Shown here one piece after another: positions 16,737 through 23,949 of a stretch of 41,029 bases of DNA (its first letter is position 1; every line of letters begins with the position of its first letter). The notes beneath the pieces were generated by a model. That model did no database searches. It was not told where the DNA came from and saw only the letters and a list, made by a program, of their open reading frames with translations. Source of the stretch: a virus; the IMG/VR virus record IMGVR_UViG_3300045988_017677. The stretch is one strand, 5' to 3'. The translations under genes were made by a program, and so were the position numbers.

Positions 16737-17960
16737 CTATCTGTTCCAAATGGGAGTATAATCGCGCCGATACGCCTTATTTTTCAAAATCGTATAGGCA
16801 AAATAGCGCGTCTCGTCCATTGCGTGATCGTTTTCCTTGATTGGTCTGTCATCAGCGGATTTTTCGTCCCACCGATATAGCCCAAACTCTCGGATGCAGT
16901 CTTTGCAGCCACGATGCACCTTGAGAATGCCGTCTTGCAAAAACCGCGCCGTAGTCATAATTCCGTTTGTCACGTCGTTGTTTGCCTTGCGGACTATATA
17001 GCCGCGCCGACGTAAAACCTCGATGAATGAAGCAGCAGACGGGTCAACGATGATGCTTTTGACGTCCGCATCGCCGATGAGCTTTTTAATCTCGTCGGCG
17101 TATTCCTCGTCCGTCTTGTTCTTCTGGCTCTCGCGCCCGGAATAGTAATACTCGCGGATGCGCGTGGCCGTCTTCCCGTCCCAACGCCACAGCCCAGCGG
17201 AAAACGGGTTAAGCGTGCCATAGTCGCATGACACATAGTATTCTCCCGTTTCCGGCAGCTCGTCCACAATACAGCTTTCGTCAAACATGGGATAGATCAG
17301 TCCCTCGGCCACTACCCACAAGCCGCGAATATAGCGGTCGTAGAATACGCCGGAAAACATAGATTGATAACGTTCCAGCGTCTTTTGAGATAATCCGGGG
17401 TTATCCGTCATTTCAAAATGCAAATACAGCGCGTTCCGCTCTTTGTTCCGCTGTATCCACTCCGTATAAAACCAGTGCTGTGGGCTTCCGGGGTTACAAG
17501 AAAACCACAGCTTTGCACCGTCAACGGAGCAGCGGGTCAGCGCCTGTTCCACGAACGAGCGCGGCATCAACACCACCTCGTCCAGCAGAACGCCAGCCAG
17601 CGTGCGGCCTTGAATCAGCGTGTAGCTTGCCTCGTCCTTGCCTCCGAACACTTCAAAATAGTTTGTAACAGCGCCACGCCGCACTTCCATAACCTTGTCA
17701 CCGCGCCGCCAACGAATGATATAACGCTCCTTGGCCAAACTCATCGCTGTGAACGGCACGATGATGTTTTTGGTGCAGCTATCCACCGTGCGGCCACACA
17801 CGCCGAAGCGCTGACCGCTGAAATTTTCCATTGCCCAGCGGACAAACGCCCACATCATGATGGAGGTTTTGCCGGAACGCACGGCCCCGTCGCAGATCAG
17901 CGCGTCATAGCGGCTGTATGGAAATGCCAATATTTTTTTCTGTTTATCGCTTATCGGCAT
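16737..17960 (-). CDS. terL: Terminase large subunit (PBSX/Terminase_3-like)
   Basis: Walker A motif DGAVRSGKTS. The ATG at 17960 has SD AGAGGA 8 nt upstream, whereas the track start at 17966 is TTG. Confidence 0.95.
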   Translation of the reverse strand: MPISDKQKKILAFPYSRYDALICDGAVRSGKTSIMMWAFVRWAMENFSGQRFGVCGRTVDSCTKNIIVPFTAMSLAKERYIIRWRRGDKVMEVRRGAVTNYFEVFGGKDEASYTLIQGRTLAGVLLDEVVLMPRSFVEQALTRCSVDGAKLWFSCNPGSPQHWFYTEWIQRNKERNALYLHFEMTDNPGLSQKTLERYQSMFSGVFYDRYIRGLWVVAEGLIYPMFDESCIVDELPETGEYYVSCDYGTLNPFSAGLWRWDGKTATRIREYYYSGRESQKNKTDEEYADEIKKLIGDADVKSIIVDPSAASFIEVLRRRGYIVRKANNDVTNGIMTTARFLQDGILKVHRGCKDCIREFGLYRWDEKSADDRPIKENDHAMDETRYFAYTILKNKAYRRDYTPIWNR

Positions 17961-18753
17961 TAACAAAATCCTCTATAATTTTTCTTTCCCTTTCGGAAAT
18001 AGACCAAATAACTTTGTTTTCCTTCTCCGCCGCTGCCTTCTCCGCCGCTGCCTTCTCCGCCGCAACTCTATCCGAGCAAAGCAAGCCTTTCCCAAAAATA
18101 GTTTTTTTGTTCTCTTTTTGCATATCAAGTGCTGAAATTCTTACAGATTCATTTTTTGGAACTAAAAAACTAATTCCGTACTTACTTAATTTTTGCAAGA
18201 ATGTAGCGGTAATTACATTATCTGGATAATCATATTTTGGAAGTTCTCTGTGTAACTTTCGCTCGTTCTTTTTATTTTCTTCCGTTATGATTTTGTATAG
18301 TTCTGGGCTTGTCCTTGCCACATTGCTTTCAAGGTTTGTTGCAAACGATGTGGAAACTTTAGCACCGTTTTCGTATGTAATTGATGCACCAACCGCAATT
18401 CCGCAATACCCATCGCAAACCGGAGACAAAAGGGTAAGCGCAGGAGCAAATAGAAAGAATTTTATGCCTCTTGAGTTATAAAAGCTAATTATTTTTGATA
18501 TAATCGAAAATGGAGGGTTGTCCAAAACAATGCATCCGTCTGAATACTCGTAACGCTCATAATCGCCGCCAGGATAAAACGGCCTTACGATGGAATCAGG
18601 AGCAATTCCGTATTCATTGCAAGCCCAACCTCGTATCGCATCATATACAAGTGGCGGAGTATAGCAATCATCCGTTGTTTTCTTTGGCTTGAACTTTTCG
18701 ACAAATGCGTCATATTCTGCATTGTCTTCAAACAAAAACGTTTTTTCATTCAT
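17944..18753 (-). CDS. DNA N6-adenine methyltransferase-like protein (NPPF motif), AT-rich insert
   Basis: 269 aa from the ATG at 18753. Motifs: TDDCYTPPLVYDAI and VLDNPPFS. It is visibly AT-rich relative to its flanks. A 15-nt tandem repeat at 18021-18063 encodes (AAEKA)n. The gene overlaps terS by 8 nt and terL by 17 nt. Confidence 0.75.
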   Translation of the reverse strand: MNEKTFLFEDNAEYDAFVEKFKPKKTTDDCYTPPLVYDAIRGWACNEYGIAPDSIVRPFYPGGDYERYEYSDGCIVLDNPPFSIISKIISFYNSRGIKFFLFAPALTLLSPVCDGYCGIAVGASITYENGAKVSTSFATNLESNVARTSPELYKIITEENKKNERKLHRELPKYDYPDNVITATFLQKLSKYGISFLVPKNESVRISALDMQKENKKTIFGKGLLCSDRVAAEKAAAEKAAAEKENKVIWSISERERKIIEDFVNADKR

Positions 18754-19168
18754 CGCTATCCAACTCCTCCGCCATCTCGCGCAGACTCTGACTAAGCGCA
18801 TCTTCTCTCACCGTGTCGGCAGGACTGCCGCCGATCATCGCCCACTTGTCGATCAGTGTCCCCATCGCCGTGGTGATCTGGCTGAGATTTGCCGCCGCCA
18901 GCTTCTCCGGGTCATTGAGCATTTCAAGCCCCTTGCCGATGAACGAACACACAAGGTCTTTGTGGTCGTTCATGTACTCCATCACATCGGCGGTGTTCTC
19001 TTCCTTTTTTTGCTCGCACTTTTCCACAATGTCAGCATTTGCCCGCACAAGGTTCTTGACTGTCGTTGCGGACACGCCGTTGATTTTCGCTGTGGCGCAA
19101 TAGTTGTTCGTCTGCACATAGTCCGCCAGTATTTTCTTTTTCTGTCGGTCTGTCAGACGCGCAGCCAT
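18746..19168 (-). CDS. terS: Terminase small subunit
   Basis: 140 aa from the ATG at 19168 with SD GAGGTG. An HTH-like N-terminus (KINGVSATTVKNLV), an acidic C-terminus and the position upstream of terL support the call. Confidence 0.75.
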   Translation of the reverse strand: MAARLTDRQKKKILADYVQTNNYCATAKINGVSATTVKNLVRANADIVEKCEQKKEENTADVMEYMNDHKDLVCSFIGKGLEMLNDPEKLAAANLSQITTAMGTLIDKWAMIGGSPADTVREDALSQSLREMAEELDSDE

Positions 19169-19296
19169 TGTCACCACCTCGCACCTTTATTTGCTACCAG
19201 CCCCCACCCCTTGGCTACAGTAACAGTCTTTCCCCTCCCATGCGGACCTCTTGGGCCTCTCAAACATGGGCTACACACTATTTTTGATATTTTCTA

Positions 19297-19325
19297 TTGA
19301 CAGAATGCATCGGATAGTATATGAT
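19297..19325 (+). promoter_or_regulatory. Sigma70-type promoter on the plus strand
   Basis: TTGACA (19297-19302), a 17-nt spacer, then TATGAT (19320-19325). Confidence 0.55.
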
Positions 19326-19331
19326 TGACTT

Positions 19332-19447
19332 GTCCGATGCAGGAGGCGCTTGCATCGGTGGGAAATTCGATCCTATTTCCCGTGGATTGAAATACCAAAA
19401 ACAGTATGCTGGGGAAAAAGAGCGGAGCTTCCGCTCTTTTTCCTTTT
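19332..19447 (+). ncRNA. Candidate ~115-nt sRNA
   Basis: Downstream of the promoter are two hairpins (ccgatgca/tgcatcgg at 19334-19359 and gggaaat/atttccc at 19360-19381), then the terminator at 19415-19441. No ATG-initiated ORF with usable SD spacing is present. Confidence 0.45.
19415..19441. terminator. Bidirectional rho-independent terminator
   Basis: The sequence aaaaagagcgga-gct-tccgctcttttt has a GC stem flanked by an A-run and a T-run, so it can terminate either strand. Confidence 0.75.
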
Positions 19448-20068
19448 TATTGTGCGGCATTGCAGTCCTGCCCTGCTTTAGCGCTTCAGGGAAAGTCCCC
19501 GTCACTCGCCGTGGTCTCCCCTTACGGGGCACCTATGCCGCATATTGGCCGTCTTCCCGCTTAGATTGTCACATCACCGATTGCTGCTTTACATGCACAG
19601 CACCATTACGCTGAGGCGGTCCCCTCCCACGGTGCAGTTTTCAGCGGGCATTGTCATTTCCATGTGAGCCACGACGAACGGTCTCACATTGTCCGGGTGC
19701 GACCCGGCATCTGGCGCAGACGGCAGGACTTGAACCTGCAACATACCTCCGGCGCGGTGCTCTTACCAACTGAGCTACGTCTGCATATGTCCCCTCTGGG
19801 TCACATCGTTGAGAGGTGCGAGGGGTCCTGTTGGTGCCGTGTGGGAGGTGCGACCTCCCGCCCCGGATCGTGGGGTGCAACGAGCGCACGGCATATAACA
19901 ACAGCCCATAGGTTTCCCTACAGGCTGTTTGTGCCGGTACGCCCGTTCCCGGGGCCTCTTGCGCGGTGCGCCCAATACCGGCGGCGCACATAGTATCGAA
20001 AGGAGGGAAGATGAAAGCTACATGGTGTAGCCGGAGTGGATGTGTTGGCTTTTGCCCAATCATCCACT
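19448..20068 (-). ncRNA. Candidate large structured non-coding RNA (ROOL/GOLLD-class hypothesis)
   Basis: About 620 nt with no credible ORF between the RinA-like gene and the terminator. It is GC-rich and has many stable hairpins, including a GAAA tetraloop hairpin (19900-19929, read on the minus strand) and two hairpins sharing a UCGCA loop. A possible extended-10 element TGGTAAAAT lies at 20075-20083. Confidence 0.4.
19712..19784 (-). tRNA. tRNA-like element with a truncated anticodon arm (possible degenerate tRNA-Arg(CCG) or tRNA mimic)
   Basis: The minus strand reads GCAGACG-TA-GCTC-AGTTGGTAA-GAGC-A-[ACC GCGCCGGA GGT]-ATGTT-GCAGG-TTCAAGT-CCTGC-CGTCTGC-G-CCA. Acceptor, D and T arms are canonical. 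The anticodon arm is 3 nt short, with a 3-bp stem and an 8-nt loop. Confidence 0.55.
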
Positions 20069-20088
20069 ATACACATTTTACCACATCA

Positions 20089-20553
20089 TTAAGTGGAATT
20101 TGTGCCATCTTTTGTGTAAAGGCCGCTATATTTGGCCACATCCATCAAAAATTGCTCTTTCCTCCGGCTGAATGTTCTCTCGCTGATACCCGGAATCACG
20201 ATCCGATTACGGGCATACTTGTGCTTACCTTGGCAGTTGTGCATGATGCCATATATCAGCTGCCGCCGGATTGCATCGCTACCAATATCTCTGCCGCAGC
20301 GGTCTATAGCGTATTCCACCGCCAGCATTTTCTTGGTTTCCGGCCAGTTCTCTATGGCTGCAAGCTGCTCCGCCTTGCTCTCGGCGGGTCTGCCGGCGCC
20401 CGATCCAGTTGGCATGCCCTCTGTGGCACTATGCGTCCCGTCCAGGATCTCCGCCCGGGCCTCGCGGTACGCCCGCACCCGGCGTGGATATCCACGCACA
20501 TAAGCAATGCACTCCAACCGCACGTCATAAGGCAGCGTCGCCTTTTTGCTCAT
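20089..20553 (-). CDS. Late-gene transcriptional activator (RinA/ArpU-like, sigma region-4-like HTH)
   Basis: 154 aa with SD AAAGGAGGG. It is the last protein gene before the packaging module. The C-terminal HTH is GISERTFSRRKEQFLMDVAKYSGL. Confidence 0.55.
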   Translation of the reverse strand: MSKKATLPYDVRLECIAYVRGYPRRVRAYREARAEILDGTHSATEGMPTGSGAGRPAESKAEQLAAIENWPETKKMLAVEYAIDRCGRDIGSDAIRRQLIYGIMHNCQGKHKYARNRIVIPGISERTFSRRKEQFLMDVAKYSGLYTKDGTNST

Positions 20554-20563
20554 TTGCCCTCCT

Positions 20564-20857
20564 TTACTCCGCGCTGTTTACCATCTTATATTCGCCCCGC
20601 AGGGCCTTTTCGATGTCCGCCATCTTGATATATCCGTTGTTTTTAGCATCCACCAGCTCCACAAGACACTGCTGTAAGTATTCCAGGCTACGGGTGTCGT
20701 GCTCGTCCGCCGTCTCCTCCCGCACATGGAATCCGCACTTGTCCAGCAGCACACAGGAAACATTGTCCATGCATTGTTTGGTGCCATCCAGGCGGCCCAG
20801 TTCATATGCCTTAGCCGGATTATTTGGCACCGGTCTGCCGTTTGCCCTTTTGAGCAT
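20564..20857 (-). CDS. Hypothetical protein
   Basis: 97 aa from the ATG at 20857, with SD AGGAAAGGGG 9 nt upstream. The longer track ORF would overlap the upstream gene by 95 nt. Confidence 0.55.
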   Translation of the reverse strand: MLKRANGRPVPNNPAKAYELGRLDGTKQCMDNVSCVLLDKCGFHVREETADEHDTRSLEYLQQCLVELVDAKNNGYIKMADIEKALRGEYKMVNSAE

Positions 20858-21095
20858 CGCTATTACCCCTTTCCTCGTATTTGCATGTGCAGCACAATCC
20901 TTCCAAATCCGCATAGCTGTACTTGCAGTCCTTACACCTCACCACGACCTCTGCGTCTACAGTGGGGAGCTGCTCTGCATACTCCAACACCGATTCAATG
21001 CCGTTTATAAAATGCTTGTTGCCGTTCTTCCTGTCGTAATGATCGCGGCGGATGGGGAATTGCATCAACGCCCCTCGCTCGATGTATTCAGCCAT
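20820..21095 (-). CDS. Hypothetical Cys-rich protein
   Basis: 91 aa with motif CKDCKYSYADLEGLCCTC. It is tightly packed in the operon. Confidence 0.6.
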   Translation of the reverse strand: MAEYIERGALMQFPIRRDHYDRKNGNKHFINGIESVLEYAEQLPTVDAEVVVRCKDCKYSYADLEGLCCTCKYEERGNSDAQKGKRQTGAK

Positions 21096-21099
21096 GCTA

Positions 21100-21255
21100 T
21101 CACTTCCTTTTCTTCATCGCTCTTGCCAACACCACAGCGGCACAGTCCTGAGAGTCTTCGTCCCACCATGCACACCGCTGTTTCTGGCAGGGGTAGAAGG
21201 GAGTGTCTTTGGGTCGGCTCATAGACAACGGGCAGATTTCCTTCTCAGTTTCCAT
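21100..21255 (-). CDS. Small Cys-rich hypothetical protein (51 aa, below the track cutoff)
   Basis: Hand translation gives METEKEICPLSMSRPKDTPFYPCQKQRCAWWDEDSQDCAAVVLARAMKKRK. SD GAGGAGGG is present, and the ORF exactly fills the gap between its neighbours. Confidence 0.5.
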   Translation of the reverse strand: METEKEICPLSMSRPKDTPFYPCQKQRCAWWDEDSQDCAAVVLARAMKKRK

Positions 21256-21257
21256 CG

Positions 21258-21452
21258 TCAGCCCTCCTCACAGTAAAATCTGGAAATGTCATCCATACGC
21301 CAGCGAACCGTGTCCGAAATAGTGGAGTATAGGTACCCACCTTCCATGTGTACGGACTGCACACCGTATACCTGCCTTGGATTAGTAAAATGCCCGAATT
21401 GCTTTTTCATGTGCTTCTCAATCTCTTCCTTGAAGATAATAGTCAGTTTCAT
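21258..21452 (-). CDS. Hypothetical protein (64 aa)
   Basis: The start at 21452 is an ATGA overlap with the stop of the ASCH gene. Confidence 0.55.
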   Translation of the reverse strand: MKLTIIFKEEIEKHMKKQFGHFTNPRQVYGVQSVHMEGGYLYSTISDTVRWRMDDISRFYCEEG

Positions 21453-22336
21453 TCCATCGCCTCCACATAGCACCAGCTCTGCGGCGGTCGCGTCAGCGGG
21501 CGCTTCCATTCGCAGTCGAAGCTGTATTCGCCGTTCACATCTGGCACCTGATCGTACGGGCAGCTTCCGCACCGCTCCTTTTCGCAATACAGCTCAGGCG
21601 GAAACCAGAACTCGTTCAGTTCTTTCGGCCGATCGTATATTTTCAGGTCGGAGATATGCCAAGCATAAAGCACCGGAGTTTTGCCCGCATATGAATTTAG
21701 CCTTTCCTTTTGGATACATGATCCCATAATGTCCAGAATTTCTATTTCAATATCGTCATTGCCCCATTCGTTAAGTGAAAGATAGCAATAATCGAAATTT
21801 GCGGGAATGCCCATTCTCTGGATAACGTCGATTTTGTCGCACACAAACTCTCCGATGACCTTGCCATTCCCAAGCGGGCAGTTCAGCGACTGCATGGAAC
21901 CTGTATCTAAGTAGTCCTGCATCAGGCGTTCCGGCGAAATAGGAATGTTCAGGTCAGGTCTACCGCTGGTGCAGTAGATGTACACCTTGAACGGCGTTTC
22001 CAGCTTCGGACGATTTTTACGCACCTCAATGGTTTTCTCGCCGCTGATGATCTTCTCGCACCACTTTGGGCGGACGCTCAGCATAACAGCCTTACTCATT
22101 ACACCATTATCTCCGATGCGTGCCTCCGGATACTGCTCCAGAAACACGCTCTGCCGCGTCTTGCGCGGGTGTGCAGCAGACCATTCCTCGACGATGGTCA
22201 CAATGTTGTCATCATCAACCATTCCTTCCAATGCACTGCACTCGCAGTCTTTTGCGGGGCATTGATAGCAGTCCCCGGCATGGTGGTAAAAGCGGCACAT
22301 TCGGTCGCGTTCTTTGATAAACTTCACAGCGTCCAT
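21449..22336 (-). CDS. ASCH (PUA-like) domain protein with Cys-rich N- and C-terminal segments
   Basis: 295 aa with SD GGAGG. Motif MLSVRPKWCEKIISGEKTIEVRKNRP is ASCH-like. Confidence 0.65.
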   Translation of the reverse strand: MDAVKFIKERDRMCRFYHHAGDCYQCPAKDCECSALEGMVDDDNIVTIVEEWSAAHPRKTRQSVFLEQYPEARIGDNGVMSKAVMLSVRPKWCEKIISGEKTIEVRKNRPKLETPFKVYIYCTSGRPDLNIPISPERLMQDYLDTGSMQSLNCPLGNGKVIGEFVCDKIDVIQRMGIPANFDYCYLSLNEWGNDDIEIEILDIMGSCIQKERLNSYAGKTPVLYAWHISDLKIYDRPKELNEFWFPPELYCEKERCGSCPYDQVPDVNGEYSFDCEWKRPLTRPPQSWCYVEAME

Positions 22337-22348
22337 ATTATCAACCTC

Positions 22349-22549
22349 CTATCTCATATGTCGTTTCCCAGCCTTTGCAAACCTCGCGCTCTGCCGCACA
22401 TAGCGCTCCCGGGCGGCGGTGTTAGCTTGATCCACCCAGGGCTTTTCCTCCAGCCGCTTGGCCTCGTACTCCCGGAACGCCTCGCAGTTCTGCCGGCATT
22501 TCCCGCAGGGCAATCTATCCGGGCAATCTTTTACGCAGGGGCTTTTCAT
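22349..22549 (-). CDS. Small Cys-rich hypothetical protein
   Basis: 66 aa from the ATG at 22549, an ATGA overlap with the upstream stop. The N-terminus is MKSPCVKDCPDRLPCGKCRQNC. Confidence 0.55.
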   Translation of the reverse strand: MKSPCVKDCPDRLPCGKCRQNCEAFREYEAKRLEEKPWVDQANTAARERYVRQSARFAKAGKRHMR

Positions 22550-22995
22550 CCGGCCCACCTCACGGTCTTTTCCCGCACACCCCATTGGAGTGCATCCTCG
22601 TGGCTGTCAAAATACAGATCCAGCCGATTCCCGGCAATGGCTCCGCCGGTGTCCTGCACGGTGTAAGTATGACCGTCCAGTTCGATTTCCGTACCCATCG
22701 GCAGCACATCTGGGTCTGCGGCGATCGTCACGCCCTGGATAGCCTTTTCGCCGGTGGCTGTGTAGCCATTTGCGTACTCCCCACAGCATTTTTCGCAGGG
22801 GCAGTACGCCGTGACGGTAAACACGCACGTCCGCGTCTCCTGGGTCTCCTGCGGCCCATCGCTTGGCAGAACCACCACAGGAGGCACAACTACAGTCTCC
22901 AGCGTTTGCCCGCTGTCCTCTGTGGCAGACGCAATGCCCAAGGCCACCAAGATTGCTACAAGAAGCGCCGCGATTAACACGCTTCTTTTCACCAT
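22546..22995 (-). CDS. Secreted 3D-domain protein (MltA/RlpA-like cell-wall hydrolase fold)
   Basis: 149 aa. An N-terminal signal/TM (VLIAALLVAILVALGIASA) is followed by FTVTAYCPCEKCCG...TIAADPDVLPMGT...VQDTGGAI.GNRLDLYF, which matches the 3D domain pattern. Confidence 0.75.
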   Translation of the reverse strand: MVKRSVLIAALLVAILVALGIASATEDSGQTLETVVVPPVVVLPSDGPQETQETRTCVFTVTAYCPCEKCCGEYANGYTATGEKAIQGVTIAADPDVLPMGTEIELDGHTYTVQDTGGAIAGNRLDLYFDSHEDALQWGVREKTVRWAG

Positions 22996-23600
22996 TCCAC
23001 CGTCACCCGCCCTTCATTCGGCATCAGCACCCGCAGATTCGCCAGCAAAGCTTCCCGGTCACCGCTCATCTCCAGCCTGGCATGCAGCAGCTTTGCGCCC
23101 ATCTGCGGCTTGTCTGCTTTCGGCGGTGCATCTTTGGCAGTGTGCTCCTCGCTCTGCGCATCCGCCGTATGTATGTCCACCGCATCCGCGTTAGCCCACT
23201 CTGTAACTTTGCTCTGCCACATTTTTTCGTTCCGGCCACCGCGCCGGAATGGCGCCCCTACCAATTCCGCCTCGCGGCGTATCGTTGCATCACAAGCGTT
23301 CATTTCCTCCGCCAGCCATTTGGCCGTACCGCCGAAAGATTGCATGTTGCGGAAAAACTCGCGTTTCAGATCCTCCGGCATAGGCTTAAATTCCCGCCAC
23401 GGCATAGGCCGCGTGATATTATAGCTTTTCACCTCTCCGTTTTTCTCCTTCCTTTGTTTCTCGGTGAGGGTGTCACTGGGGAGCGCACACCCGCCGCGTT
23501 TTCTGTTGATGTGAGCAAATGCCCCTCGTGCCACACGCTTTTTCTGCATGCAGTCGTAGTCAAAATCATTCACCAACGCCACCCCTTTCGTCCGTCTCAA
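22989..23600 (-). CDS. Hypothetical protein (possible HTH)
   Basis: This is the track ORF with a TTG start. Alternative starts are GTG at 23573 or ATG at 23549. The conserved-looking core is ITRPMPWREFKPMPEDLKREFF. Confidence 0.5.
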   Translation of the reverse strand: MRRTKGVALVNDFDYDCMQKKRVARGAFAHINRKRGGCALPSDTLTEKQRKEKNGEVKSYNITRPMPWREFKPMPEDLKREFFRNMQSFGGTAKWLAEEMNACDATIRREAELVGAPFRRGGRNEKMWQSKVTEWANADAVDIHTADAQSEEHTAKDAPPKADKPQMGAKLLHARLEMSGDREALLANLRVLMPNEGRVTVEW

Positions 23601-23949
23601 ACTCCGGGCAGCTTAGCACCAAGTAAGATTCCGACTTGCGGCCTGGTATGCCGAGCGATTTTACCGCCACCCATCCCGGCACTGGCTCAAAGCGTACCTT
23701 TTTGGAGCTATCCAGCCCCGTCCAGGAGCAGCGCCCAACAGCTTTTTTGCATCTCCAACAGAGCGTCCCCCTGCTTTCTGCGTTGTTTTGGTTTGCAAGC
23801 CTCTTTTCTCTTATCCGGCGCATCTTTCTGACGATTGCATCACACTGTTTGCAAGTTGTCCTCCACTTGTTGGTATCTTTTTTGTTGTAGTTTGTGATTG
23901 GCTTTTCCATGCCGCAGCGCTTACATACGCGCATCTCGGGTTGTAGCAT
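23566..23949 (-). CDS. Zinc-ribbon protein, hypothetical
   Basis: 127 aa from the ATG at 23949, with SD GGAGGA 5 nt upstream. Cys motifs: CKRCG...CKQC and CWRCKK...CSW. Confidence 0.55.
   Translation of the reverse strand: MLQPEMRVCKRCGMEKPITNYNKKDTNKWRTTCKQCDAIVRKMRRIREKRLANQNNAESRGTLCWRCKKAVGRCSWTGLDSSKKVRFEPVPGWVAVKSLGIPGRKSESYLVLSCPEFETDERGGVGE

Noticed and set aside
19321-19614. A 97-aa plus-strand ORF, and a TTG-initiated 47-aa peptide, in the terS leader.
   Set aside because: The ATG at 19321 lies inside the predicted -10 element, upstream of the transcription start. The TTG has only 3-nt spacing from its SD, which is itself sequestered in a hairpin. A non-coding sRNA is the better reading.
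19712-19784. The tRNA-like element considered as the phage attachment site.
   Set aside because: It is ~16 kb from int and is full-length apart from its aberrant anticodon arm. The int-adjacent tRNA-Lys 3' fragment at 35794-35840 fits the attP model much better.
20011-20628. A plus-strand ATG at 20011 with a strong SD (AAAGGAGGG) opening a Cys-rich ORF (MKATWCSRSGCVGFCPIIHY...).
   Set aside because: The ORF runs antisense through the whole RinA-like gene and has non-protein-like composition after the first ~25 residues. The SD-like motif is more plausibly part of the structured RNA region.
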